In this document: positions 19,618 to 28,898 of the stretch, piece by piece
Numbering within the stretch: position 1 is the stretch's first letter
Layout of the letters: every line of letters starts with the position of its first letter
Source: an uncultured Verrucomicrobiae bacterium
GTDB taxonomy: Bacteria; Chlamydiota; Chlamydiia; Chlamydiales; Rhabdochlamydiaceae
Direction: 5' to 3'
Length of the DNA: 64,000 bases
Assembly: GCA_963718565.1 (NCBI GenBank)
Contig: OY970364.1
Coordinates: 1,248,001 to 1,312,000 of the forward strand
Notes under the pieces: generated by a model
Database searches by the model: none
What the model was told of the DNA's origin: nothing
What the model saw: the letters and a program-made list of their open reading frames with translations, nothing else
Translations under genes and position numbers: made by a program

Positions 19618-21009
19618 ATGCTTAAGCACGTCCTTTATCTCTCGTTTATGCTTAATACACTCTCTGCCCAGACGCTCCCGCATCGTCCAGAGTCTATATT
19701 GACTTCAGAAGCGCCCGCGCAGCGTGAAGTGGCAGGCATTATTTATAATTTGGACAATTTTGTCAATCTCGCCCAATACTTTGGGCTACAGCTTGACCAA
19801 TACGGAGCTAACTCGACCGTCGATTATCTTGTCCCAGTCTTTCCCGATAAGATCACCACGTTTGCCAACAGCCTTCCTCAAATAGTAATGAATAAAAACG
19901 ATGCCATACTCATTGAAGTGACTGTGCCCGATGAAAGCTGGTTAGATACCCATTCTTTATTCAATATCACTCCTTATTTTTATTTTTACGAAGCAGATGG
20001 TATCGAAACCCCTGTCTATGCAAGCGAAAACATCACAATCCAATTTTTCGAACTATTTGATACCCCCGGCAATACGATCCGAATCTGCATCACTCCAAAC
20101 GCAACGATTGCCAGCGAATATCAAGCCAAAGGATACATGATTTCCTCTATGCCTGAAGAATACCTGGATTCTACTACGTTTCAAATCCTTTTCCGTGTAG
20201 GAACAATCAATGGCGAGCACCAATTATCAATCAATAGCTTTGTAAAGACAACCTTCTTAAAAGCAACAAACGATGCAGAATTTGCAGGATCTGCCTATTA
20301 TGATGCAGCAGAAGTTATCGCTTCTTTCCCGACTGAGCTATTTCCGGCAAACACGCCACAGTACATGACAAACATCGCTAACTACAATGACATTGTAACT
20401 TATTTAAATGGACAGGGGTATACCACCCATCAATGCTTAAAATATCTCTCAAACATTTACAATACGAATTATGCTTTTAATAATTTCTACAAGGCGATCA
20501 CCGTCAGTCCTGCGGCTGAAATGCAGGCGAATAATACCGGTGAAAACTACTATAATTCAGAAGGGATCCCTGACTATAGCAACCCATTCATTGACCTGAG
20601 AGCAATCAGCGACACATATCTCTACATTCTATCCCTAAATCAAAATACGATGGGAAGCGGCTTAACCTCAAACGTACAAACCTATAACGCACAGAATCTG
20701 GCAATCATTCCAAATGGGCTGATCATCACAAGCCCCGATTTGCCTGCTTTTTCTGCTCCAGATTATCCCTATACCTCAGACAATCCCTATCCTTTATTTC
20801 AAATCAATGCATATAAAATTTCAGATCTGATTGCGAGCGGAATAACGCAAGCTATTATCACTGAGCGAATTTCATATAATCCGGTGAACTTCTATCAATC
20901 TTCGAATGAATATGAGGGAAAAGCCTACTTCTTTTTTGGAGATACTCTCACACCAACACAAACCAATTATTTAGAGACAAATTACGACATCACAATCAAC
21001 TTCGAATGA
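19618..21009 (+). CDS. Exported hypothetical protein, Asn/Tyr/Thr/Ile-rich
   Basis: 463-aa ORF, RBS gaggag, signal-peptide-like N-terminus; no family recognised. Confidence 0.75.
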   Translation: MLKHVLYLSFMLNTLSAQTLPHRPESILTSEAPAQREVAGIIYNLDNFVNLAQYFGLQLDQYGANSTVDYLVPVFPDKITTFANSLPQIVMNKNDAILIEVTVPDESWLDTHSLFNITPYFYFYEADGIETPVYASENITIQFFELFDTPGNTIRICITPNATIASEYQAKGYMISSMPEEYLDSTTFQILFRVGTINGEHQLSINSFVKTTFLKATNDAEFAGSAYYDAAEVIASFPTELFPANTPQYMTNIANYNDIVTYLNGQGYTTHQCLKYLSNIYNTNYAFNNFYKAITVSPAAEMQANNTGENYYNSEGIPDYSNPFIDLRAISDTYLYILSLNQNTMGSGLTSNVQTYNAQNLAIIPNGLIITSPDLPAFSAPDYPYTSDNPYPLFQINAYKISDLIASGITQAIITERISYNPVNFYQSSNEYEGKAYFFFGDTLTPTQTNYLETNYDITINFE

Positions 21010-21226
21010 TCCATCCAAGCTTGGTCGCTCCCAGTCGGGGAATTAGGATTAGATGATGGGGATATCCTAAAGGTAGCGCTTGTGCAAAAAATATTTTCAA
21101 CTTTTTAAACGCTCAGTTTTTATTTGCATTCGCGCGTTTGCGAAGCTTAGCGGGAATCGCAGTCGTTTCTGGGCATTGACGCAAAATCCATCTCTATATT
21201 ACGCTTTTTACCTCATCCCACTTTGT

Positions 21227-21301
21227 GGCGGTCGTAGCTCAGCTGGTTAGAGCATTGGATTGTGGATCCAAATGTCGCGGGTTCGAGCCCCGTCGATCGC
21301 C
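21227..21301 (+). tRNA. tRNA-His(GUG)
   Basis: G-1, acceptor gcggtcg/cgatcgc, anticodon arm ttgga-ttGTGga-tccaa, T loop gttcgag; CCA not encoded. Confidence 0.95.
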
Positions 21302-21390
21302 CTTCTTCTCCGATAAATATCTTCTGTGTTATGACTAGGAAAAATAATTGAAAAAAGTCGATGTTCTAACGATGATCGAGGCTGGCTAAG

Positions 21391-22188
21391 ATGTCCCTTC
21401 TTGAGGCGTTTATTTTTGGACTGTTGCAGGGATTGACGGAATTTCTTCCCATCAGTTCTTCAGCACACGTCAAACTTGCCAAGCTTATTTTCAATATTGA
21501 AAGTTCTGAATCCCAGGTCATCTTCGATCTTGTCTGCCATCTGGGGACGTTGTTTGCTCTTCTGATTTTTTTAAGAGAGGAAATCGGCCTAATCTTGCGG
21601 CGCGATCGACAAAAACTGTTTCTTCTCCTGATCGCGATGCTACCTCTCATCCCCTGTTATTTTTTACTCAAGCCCTTAAGAGACTTTGCTTCACAACCTC
21701 AATGTTTAGGAGTCTGCCTCATAGGTACCGCACTGATTTTGTTTATTGGTCAACGCTGGAAAATCCATCGCACCCATGAGGTGGCCTTAAAACGGCACAT
21801 CAAAGATGCTCTCTGGATTGGAGCCATGCAATCCGCTGCGCTTATTCCCGGGATCTCCCGCAGCGCCTCGACAATTTCTTGTGCAAAAGTCCTCGGCTGG
21901 GAAGCTCAGAAAGCCGTCCGATTTTCATTTCTTCTTTCCATTCCCACAATCATTGGCGGAAATTGTTTAGAGTTGTTCAAAATCTATCTCTCGCATGAAA
22001 GTCTTCACCCTGTGTCTATTCCCGCTTGTGCTGTCGGATGTGTCACGTCTTTTATTTTTGGGTTCTTGATCATCCGTTTCGCTCTTTCCTATTTAGAACG
22101 AGGAAATCTTAAACCCTTTGCTTGGTATTGCCTGAGCATTGGAATCATCGTCACCTTATTGCTGAACTTCTTGCATGGAGCAAACTAA
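21391..22188 (+). CDS. uppP: Undecaprenyl-diphosphate phosphatase
   Basis: QGLTEFLPISSSAH and PGISRS motifs. Confidence 0.93.
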   Translation: MSLLEAFIFGLLQGLTEFLPISSSAHVKLAKLIFNIESSESQVIFDLVCHLGTLFALLIFLREEIGLILRRDRQKLFLLLIAMLPLIPCYFLLKPLRDFASQPQCLGVCLIGTALILFIGQRWKIHRTHEVALKRHIKDALWIGAMQSAALIPGISRSASTISCAKVLGWEAQKAVRFSFLLSIPTIIGGNCLELFKIYLSHESLHPVSIPACAVGCVTSFIFGFLIIRFALSYLERGNLKPFAWYCLSIGIIVTLLLNFLHGAN

Positions 22189-24566
22189 TGGGAAAGGACG
22201 TAGCAATCCCTAAGAAAAAATCGGGAATGCCAGCAGAAGCAAAGGCGCTGATTCTTCTCGGATTTTCTTTGATCGCCTTACTGAGCCTGCTCAGCTTCCA
22301 CATCAACGATCCTACTAAAAACTGGCTCGGGCTTGTTGGCTGGGGAATCGGGTTAGGATTTAACTTCCTTTTTGGGCTGACCAGCTATTTGGTAATTATT
22401 TTTTTAGGCTGGCTGGGCTGGCAATCACTTTTGGGACGTGAAATTGCTTCGCTAATCTCTAAAACTGTTTACTTTGGAATTTTACTGCTTTCGAGTTCTC
22501 TATTATTAAATCTGTTTGCTGAATTGGGTTTGTCATTGGGAAGTTTCCTTGAGAATAAAATCTATTCAGAGACATGTCTTTTCGATTTTCCCTACCCCCA
22601 TCGCACGACTCGTTACAATTTAGGCGGGGTGCCACTCTATTATCTTTATCGCGACTTGCCTACGTTTAATTTGCAACGCATGCTCAGCGACGTCGGTGTT
22701 GGACTCACTTTTTCGATTACAGCAATCGTCTCTTTTCTATTGCTGACCGAGACTCGAATCGGTCCCCTTTTAGCAATGCTCAAAGAAAAATTACGGTCGG
22801 GACTTTTCCATAAAACTGCAAGCGAAAAGGAGATTGAAAAGATCCCTTTGCTTTCGACTAAGACAGCAGAAGAAATTGAAAACACGCTTTCAAAACGTCT
22901 TCCTCAGCCCATTTATCAGCCTCGTCAAGAAAAAGATAACGAGATGAGGATCCGCACGATGAACGATAAAATGGAAACGGAAAAAAAAACAGCAGTAGAT
23001 TTAAAATCGATCTCCATCAATAAACGCCAAGCTGCAATTAATGCCCAAAAGGTCGTCAATGGAGATTTTACCACTTATCAACTTCCTCCGCCTTCCCTGT
23101 TGAATAATCCTAAAAAAGTCGATCAGCCCTCACTAAAAAAAGAGCTCAAGCGTCAAGCTGAGATCCTCGAAGAAACATTAATGAGCTTTGGCATCGAGGC
23201 TAAAGTAGGAGAGATCAACTGCGGTCCAACAATTACCTCATTTGAAGTTCATCCTGCAATCGGTGTAAAAGTGCAAAAGATCAAAACGTTAGAAAATGAC
23301 ATTGCACTCAATCTCCAAGCCAAATCGATCCGCATCATTGCTCCCATTCCTGGAAAAGCCGCTGTGGGCGTTGAAGTCCCTTCCCTCTATCCACAAGAGG
23401 TTAATTTTAAAGAGTTACACCTCAATTACCATCTGATCCCACGCAAAATGATGGTCCCTCTGCTACTGGGGAAAACGGTCTCTGGCGAGAATGTCATTAG
23501 CGACTTAAGTAAAATGCCTCACTGTCTTATTGCTGGAGCAACAGGATCGGGAAAATCTGTCTGCATCAATACCGTCATCATGTCGATCCTCATGAATGCT
23601 CGACCAGATGAGATCAAGCTTGTGATGATCGACCCTAAAAAAGTGGAATTGACACCCTACACAAACCTTCCCCATATGATTGCGCCTGTGATCACCGAGG
23701 CGCATGGTGCTTATGCCGCGCTCAGTTGGCTCGTCAAGGAAATGCAAACACGCTATGATATTTTAAAACAGCTCGGCGTCCGCAACATTACCGCCTTCAA
23801 CAATCGACACATTAACAAAGAGCTCGAATCCTCTTTAAGCCTGCCTATCCCTGTCAAAATGCATGTCATCGTCGCTATCATCGATGAATTCGCTGACTTG
23901 ATGATGGCCTCCAGTTCGGACCTTGAAACTCCCATTGCCCGCATTGCACAGATGGCCCGAGCTGTAGGCATCCATCTCATCCTCGCCACACAACGTCCAT
24001 CCCGAGAAGTCATTACGGGATTGATCAAAGCCAACTTTCCAACACGCCTCGCCTTTAAGGTTGCCAGCCGTGTCAACTCACAAATTATCCTTGACGATGT
24101 TGGCGCAGAGAGTTTACTAGGCAACGGCGACATGCTTTTCTTGCCACCGGGCACTTCAACGCTGATTAGAGCCCAAGGCGCTTACATTAGCGATGAAGAA
24201 ATCAATCGCGTTGTCTCATTCATCTGTGAACAGGCTCCTCCCAATTATCTTATCCAATCTTTTGATAAAATGCGCATTGAGGACTCTTCATCCAGTGAGG
24301 GTGGAGACGACAGTCCGCGTGACACGCTTTACGATCAAGCATTGGCCATCGTCGTTGGAACCCAAACAGCTTCAACGACCTTCTTGCAACGTAAACTTAA
24401 AATTGGTTACGCTAGAGCTGCATCACTCATGGACGAATTAGAGTCCAAAGGTGTGATCGGCCCTCAAGAAGGTGCAAAACCGCGGCGGATTTTAATCGAC
24501 GCTAAACACCCCATCCCCTCTTCAAAACCTGGAAACTCTGATGAAGAACAAGAGCCTTTTGAGTAA
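22188..24566 (+). CDS. ftsK: DNA translocase FtsK
   Basis: N-terminal TMs, AGATGSGKS, IDPKKVEL, ATQRPS, gamma domain LQRKLKIGYARAA. Confidence 0.95.
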   Translation: MGKDVAIPKKKSGMPAEAKALILLGFSLIALLSLLSFHINDPTKNWLGLVGWGIGLGFNFLFGLTSYLVIIFLGWLGWQSLLGREIASLISKTVYFGILLLSSSLLLNLFAELGLSLGSFLENKIYSETCLFDFPYPHRTTRYNLGGVPLYYLYRDLPTFNLQRMLSDVGVGLTFSITAIVSFLLLTETRIGPLLAMLKEKLRSGLFHKTASEKEIEKIPLLSTKTAEEIENTLSKRLPQPIYQPRQEKDNEMRIRTMNDKMETEKKTAVDLKSISINKRQAAINAQKVVNGDFTTYQLPPPSLLNNPKKVDQPSLKKELKRQAEILEETLMSFGIEAKVGEINCGPTITSFEVHPAIGVKVQKIKTLENDIALNLQAKSIRIIAPIPGKAAVGVEVPSLYPQEVNFKELHLNYHLIPRKMMVPLLLGKTVSGENVISDLSKMPHCLIAGATGSGKSVCINTVIMSILMNARPDEIKLVMIDPKKVELTPYTNLPHMIAPVITEAHGAYAALSWLVKEMQTRYDILKQLGVRNITAFNNRHINKELESSLSLPIPVKMHVIVAIIDEFADLMMASSSDLETPIARIAQMARAVGIHLILATQRPSREVITGLIKANFPTRLAFKVASRVNSQIILDDVGAESLLGNGDMLFLPPGTSTLIRAQGAYISDEEINRVVSFICEQAPPNYLIQSFDKMRIEDSSSSEGGDDSPRDTLYDQALAIVVGTQTASTTFLQRKLKIGYARAASLMDELESKGVIGPQEGAKPRRILIDAKHPIPSSKPGNSDEEQEPFE

Positions 24567-24939
24567 ACTTGAAGAACTTAAACCGAATATTCCCATCCAT
24601 CTCGACGTCGAGAGGAAGCTATTGCCTCGTCTTAAATTTATGGGATATGTGATGTTCGCATTTTGTTTAGCAGCATTCACATTCGCCCTGGCGATAAAAG
24701 ACGAAGCTGAAGTGATCGGTCCACCACCCCAAGAAGGGTTTACAGAACCCGACCGAATAGAAGCAGTTGCTCGAGCTGAACTCTTATTGGAAGATGGCGA
24801 ACTCGAATTAAGTCCAACGGAAGTCCTCAATTTCTACCTCGTCGCTGTTATTTTTGCTGTCATGGGCGCCACTTGCTTTGTGATTGCTTGGAAAAAAAAG
24901 AAGAAGCTTTTTTCAGAATCTCAAGCTACTAAAGAGTAA
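24541..24939 (+). CDS. Hypothetical two-TM membrane protein
   Basis: Two hydrophobic segments, basic tail; overlaps the ftsK end. Confidence 0.6.
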   Translation: MKNKSLLSKLEELKPNIPIHLDVERKLLPRLKFMGYVMFAFCLAAFTFALAIKDEAEVIGPPPQEGFTEPDRIEAVARAELLLEDGELELSPTEVLNFYLVAVIFAVMGATCFVIAWKKKKKLFSESQATKE

Positions 24940-24956
24940 TTAGGAACAAAATCTTC

Positions 24957-25124
24957 TTAAGAGATCAAAAAGTGGTAGATGTCTGTAAAGTCAAAATAAT
25001 TCGTGTAAACAACAGGCTTATCTCCAAAAAGGACATAAGCCCCCTCTTCTTGAAACATTGATTTCATTAACACACCGGTCACAATTTCTGCAGGGTTGAT
25101 ATCCGTCTCTGCATCCACGTCCAT
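24957..25124 (-). pseudogene. Relic of the 'YVLxGDKP' protein family
   Basis: 55-codon frame ...LMKSMFQEEGAYVLFGDKPVV..., not in the ORF track. Confidence 0.55.
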
Positions 25125-25280
25125 TTGGATTCAGCGAACGAATGAAAATGCCTTTCTCATATGATCCTTGGCAGAATTTTTTGCAAAATGTATTTTAAAT
25201 CTAATCCTTCATAAATTCGAATGCGCCCGACGTTAAGAAAAATTTGCAAAATTCACTAATTAGGCCTAACATGCAAAAAA

Positions 25281-26636
25281 GTGAAGAAGCTCATGTCGCC
25301 GGGTATGCATAAAGTCAGAAAGAAAATTCTCATTGCTGATCCTGATGAGCAAATTCTCAAAACCCTTAAGAAAAATAAAAGCGCCTCTTTTTATACTTTT
25401 GAACACGCAAAAACGGGCTTTGAATGCTTGTCGAAGCTAGAGACCTTCAAGCCCGACTTGCTCCTCGTCGATCTCATGCTTCCTCATATCCATGGGATGG
25501 AAATCCTTCGCAAAATCAAGACCGATCCTCGAACACACGATATCGGGGTGATTTTAACTTCAGCACATGCCATGATTCAAAACTATCGAGCTGCGCTGAT
25601 CTTGCATTGCGATTATTTTCTCGAGAAGCCTTTTGAAACCTCTCTTGTTTTTTCACTGTTTAAATTGTTTTTCAAAAGCAAACTTCGTCCCGATCCATTT
25701 ACTGGGAAGGAATCTTCGGTCGAAGGAAAACATTGCTACCTTCCAAAAATGCATTCCCCCAATTCCTACATCAAATTCTGGGGGACTCGCGGCTCTAATC
25801 CCGTTTCAGGTCCTGATTATGTGCGTTTTGGTGGCAATACATGCTGCCTTGAAATTCGTCACGGCCATGATCTTGTTATCATCGATTGCGGCACTGGCAT
25901 CCGCCCTTTAGGGGCGATGATTTCAGAATCGAAGCCAAAACATGTCCATCTCCTCTTAAGCCATACTCATTGGGATCATCTCGCTGGCTTTCCCTTTTTT
26001 GCTCCGATCTATGATCCGAATTGCCAAGTCGACATTTGGACACCGATCGGCTTTGAGAAAACAACGCGTGAGCTATTCACCGAGATGCTTGCCTATGCTT
26101 ATTTTCCCGTGCGCCTCGATGATATCCAAGCCAACCTTGTCTTCAAAGATATTCCAGAGAGGGTGCCCTTTCATATCGGCAATATTGAAATTAATTCCCA
26201 TTATTCCTTCCATCCTGGAGCAACAGTCTGTTTCAAATTCAAGGTCAATAAACTTAAATTCGGATATGCAACAGATAACGAGTTTTTAATGGGCTATCAT
26301 GGCAATCCTAATGCGATCGGCAAAAATCACCTTCTTCTCAATCCTTATCGAAGCATGATCGAATTTTTCAAAGGTTGTGATTTCCTCATTCACGAAGCTC
26401 AATATACCCCCGTCGAATACCAGACCAAAGTCGGATGGGGACATTCCTCCGTAAACAATGCCACTGTTTTACTCAAGCATACCGAGATCCCTGAATGGAC
26501 CTTGACACATCATGATCCCAAACATACCGATTCAGAAATGCTCAAAAAACTCCAACTGCAGTTCGATATTTTAGACGATATGCATATGAAATGCCGTCCC
26601 CGTATCGCTTTCGACGGAATGACAATCCCTTTATAA
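25281..26636 (+). CDS. Response-regulator receiver fused to an MBL-fold metallohydrolase
   Basis: REC: DLLLVDLMLP, LEKPF; MBL: WGTRGS, DCGTG, SHTHWDH, HEAQY, WGHS, THHDP. Confidence 0.85.
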   Translation: MKKLMSPGMHKVRKKILIADPDEQILKTLKKNKSASFYTFEHAKTGFECLSKLETFKPDLLLVDLMLPHIHGMEILRKIKTDPRTHDIGVILTSAHAMIQNYRAALILHCDYFLEKPFETSLVFSLFKLFFKSKLRPDPFTGKESSVEGKHCYLPKMHSPNSYIKFWGTRGSNPVSGPDYVRFGGNTCCLEIRHGHDLVIIDCGTGIRPLGAMISESKPKHVHLLLSHTHWDHLAGFPFFAPIYDPNCQVDIWTPIGFEKTTRELFTEMLAYAYFPVRLDDIQANLVFKDIPERVPFHIGNIEINSHYSFHPGATVCFKFKVNKLKFGYATDNEFLMGYHGNPNAIGKNHLLLNPYRSMIEFFKGCDFLIHEAQYTPVEYQTKVGWGHSSVNNATVLLKHTEIPEWTLTHHDPKHTDSEMLKKLQLQFDILDDMHMKCRPRIAFDGMTIPL

Positions 26637-26639
26637 AAC

Positions 26640-26927
26640 ATGGATCTCGAAAAAATTCAGAAACTCTCTCTCGAAGAGAAAAAAAACCTGCTAGAGCGCA
26701 CGATCAAACTTCAAGAAGAGACAGGAGAACTCGCTGAGCAGGTCCTCATCGCGCACAAATCCTCTGGCTCCCAATATAAGAAGTCAAGCAAGGACGCGAT
26801 CAAAGAAGAAGCCGCGGATGTTACCTTAGTCGCTCTTTCCATTTTTTTTCTGGAAGGAGGAACCCCTAAAGAGCTCGAGAAAATCCTTAAAGCTAAAATT
26901 GCCAAGTGGAAAAAATTTAAAAAATAA
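26640..26927 (+). CDS. MazG-like nucleotide pyrophosphohydrolase
   Basis: KLQEETGELAE...EEAADV acidic motif. Confidence 0.75.
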   Translation: MDLEKIQKLSLEEKKNLLERTIKLQEETGELAEQVLIAHKSSGSQYKKSSKDAIKEEAADVTLVALSIFFLEGGTPKELEKILKAKIAKWKKFKK

Positions 26928-27690
26928 TCGGTTTGCTGATCATGCTTTGAAAGGCAATGGAAACCTCTGCATTCGACTGCAACAACTGCAGCTTTTCTGA
27001 AATGGTCTTTAATGCTAATTCCGGCGCGTTGCATTCACTAGATAAATGCGCGAGATGAATATGTCTTAAATCACTGTGATGAACAAGCTCAATCAATTGT
27101 GCACATTCTCTATTCGAAAGATGTCCTTGACGGCTTAAAACTCGCTGCTTGTAAATTTGGGGCCGCCTTGAGGCATGGACCATAGAAGGTTCATGATTTG
27201 CTTCGACATACAAATAATTGCAGCATTGTAATTGCCCAGTGACAAGCGTTGTCACAAATCCAAGGTCGGTGCAAAAGCCAAGTTTTACACCGCTGGTTTT
27301 AATCGTGAAGGCGACCGGGTCCACAGCATCATGTTGAACGCTAAAAGGATGTATTTCTAAGTCGCCAAATTCGAATGTCTCACCCGTTGAGAAGATTTTG
27401 AATTTAGGACATTCGTTCAGAATCGCATAAATGGCTTTTGCAGTATCGCTATTTGCAAATATGGGGATTCCCATCCTGCAGCCCAAAACATCGAGTGCCT
27501 GAATATGGTCGGTGTGTTCATGTGTAATCAATACAGCATCGATCTCTTCTAAAGCCACACCGATTGCTTTAAGGCGCTCGCGAATCGATTTAGCACTCAT
27601 TCCAGCATCGATCAATATTTTTGTCGTCGACGTCCCCAAATAAATGCAATTTCCTTTAGATCCCGACGCTAGAGGGCAAAATCCATTCAT
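26917..27690 (-). CDS. MBL-fold hydrolase, YycJ/WalJ-like
   Basis: LASGSKGN, THEHTDH, HDA, TDLG, EANH, GHLSN, AHLSSECN. Confidence 0.88.
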   Translation of the reverse strand: MNGFCPLASGSKGNCIYLGTSTTKILIDAGMSAKSIRERLKAIGVALEEIDAVLITHEHTDHIQALDVLGCRMGIPIFANSDTAKAIYAILNECPKFKIFSTGETFEFGDLEIHPFSVQHDAVDPVAFTIKTSGVKLGFCTDLGFVTTLVTGQLQCCNYLYVEANHEPSMVHASRRPQIYKQRVLSRQGHLSNRECAQLIELVHHSDLRHIHLAHLSSECNAPELALKTISEKLQLLQSNAEVSIAFQSMISKPIIF

Positions 27691-27850
27691 TGATCTACTC
27701 AAAATTGTTAGCGTTCTTCTTTTATCAGTAAGCAGGATTCTTCTCAACAATCCCAACTATAACACAGCAGCAGCTCCCGCTAGAAGCGGGAGCTAAGAGA
27801 AATGCGGCTTCGCCGCAGATATGAGAATGTTTTTGACAAAACAACACCGC

Positions 27851-28121
27851 ATCGATCGGATCCCCTCGAAACCACCGACTCAAATACTTCCAAAAGCTCA
27901 CGCCAAGTCTGGCGCATGTCTGCTTGAGCGTCAATAGGCCGTCTCGAAATTGTCTGCCTTCTACGCTTTTGGTAGTGCCAGAGATATTTCTTCGTTTAGC
28001 CACACCTCGGATATCTTGCTCACTGTCATTTGGATCCATGCCTGATTGAGATCGATAAATGCAAAGCCTAGCATGGATCCAAATGACATTCAGTGCTTGC
28101 CATAGGTTTTTGAGGACGTAC
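27851..28121 (-). mobile_element. Internally deleted remnant of the IS66 at 4311-6285
   Basis: 27851-28030 matches 4511-4690 and 28024-28121 matches 6188-6285, joined at the microhomology tgtcatt. Confidence 0.88.
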
Positions 28122-28470
28122 CTTTAAAGCTCGGTGTTAGAGCTCCGAATAAATCCGTCCAAGATTTAACGTAATGATGACGGCGCCCAACATTTGGTGA
28201 TGATATGTAACACGGCCGTCTTTGTGTTCTTTTTACAGCAATGCCTGCAATGGATTTTTTCCGAATTAAAAATCTCCGTCCCATCTACAAGACACAAATA
28301 GCCGTTTTGAAATTTGTATCGCTCCAAGAGTTTACCTCTCTGAGCTTCATGGAATAATGCTTTTTTTTCTTTTTGGTGAGGATGGTGCTTCATAAACTGC
28401 TCTTTACGAAAATTTTTCCGGAAAAAGCAGTATACTAGTCTATACGAAAAAATTTAAGCGGGAATTACTG
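28122..28470 (-). pseudogene. Transposase relic (ISNCY-like)
   Basis: LVDGTEIFNSEKIHCRHCC motif; possible end cagtaattcccgc at about 28458-28470. Confidence 0.55.
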
Positions 28471-28490
28471 ACTATAACATGAATTTTTGT

Positions 28491-28519
28491 TTGACAATGA
28501 AAACATTGCGCACTAAAGT
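28491..28519 (+). promoter_or_regulatory. sigma70/sigma66-type promoter
   Basis: TTGACA-N17-TAAAGT upstream of 28548. Confidence 0.5.
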
Positions 28520-28547
28520 TTCCTATGTTTTTTAACTACAGGTATGT

Positions 28548-28898
28548 ATGTTGCAAAAATTATTCAGGATCGGCTTAATCTGCATGGCATTCTTCAATGT
28601 GCAAAAAATTATCGGTTCGGAATCTAAACTTTCAGAGGAATTTTTGGAAGAGCATTGCCATATGGTTTCTCAGGAAGATTTATATCTTGATGATCAAGGA
28701 ATCCAGGTAAATATAAATGGGACCTTTTATCCTGTGTCCTCCCTAAAAAGAATGGGTAATCAATGGTTAGCAAGTCTTAATCCATATAACGATCCACGTT
28801 ATCAATGTCCATGGGGTCATTCTCTTTGTGGACACTGTCACATGTGTCACAAAACCATTTGCCCTGACTATATACCAAGATGTGCAGCATCAAAATAA
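28548..28898 (+). CDS. Small exported protein with C-terminal Cys/His cluster (CPWGHSLCGHCHMCHKTICP)
   Basis: Hydrophobic N-terminus; paralog-like to 2851..3228. Confidence 0.75.
   Translation: MLQKLFRIGLICMAFFNVQKIIGSESKLSEEFLEEHCHMVSQEDLYLDDQGIQVNINGTFYPVSSLKRMGNQWLASLNPYNDPRYQCPWGHSLCGHCHMCHKTICPDYIPRCAASK

Noticed and set aside
28826..28850. Heme-c CxxCH motifs in the small protein
   Set aside because: The two motifs overlap and are absent from the paralog; metal or disulfide use is more plausible.
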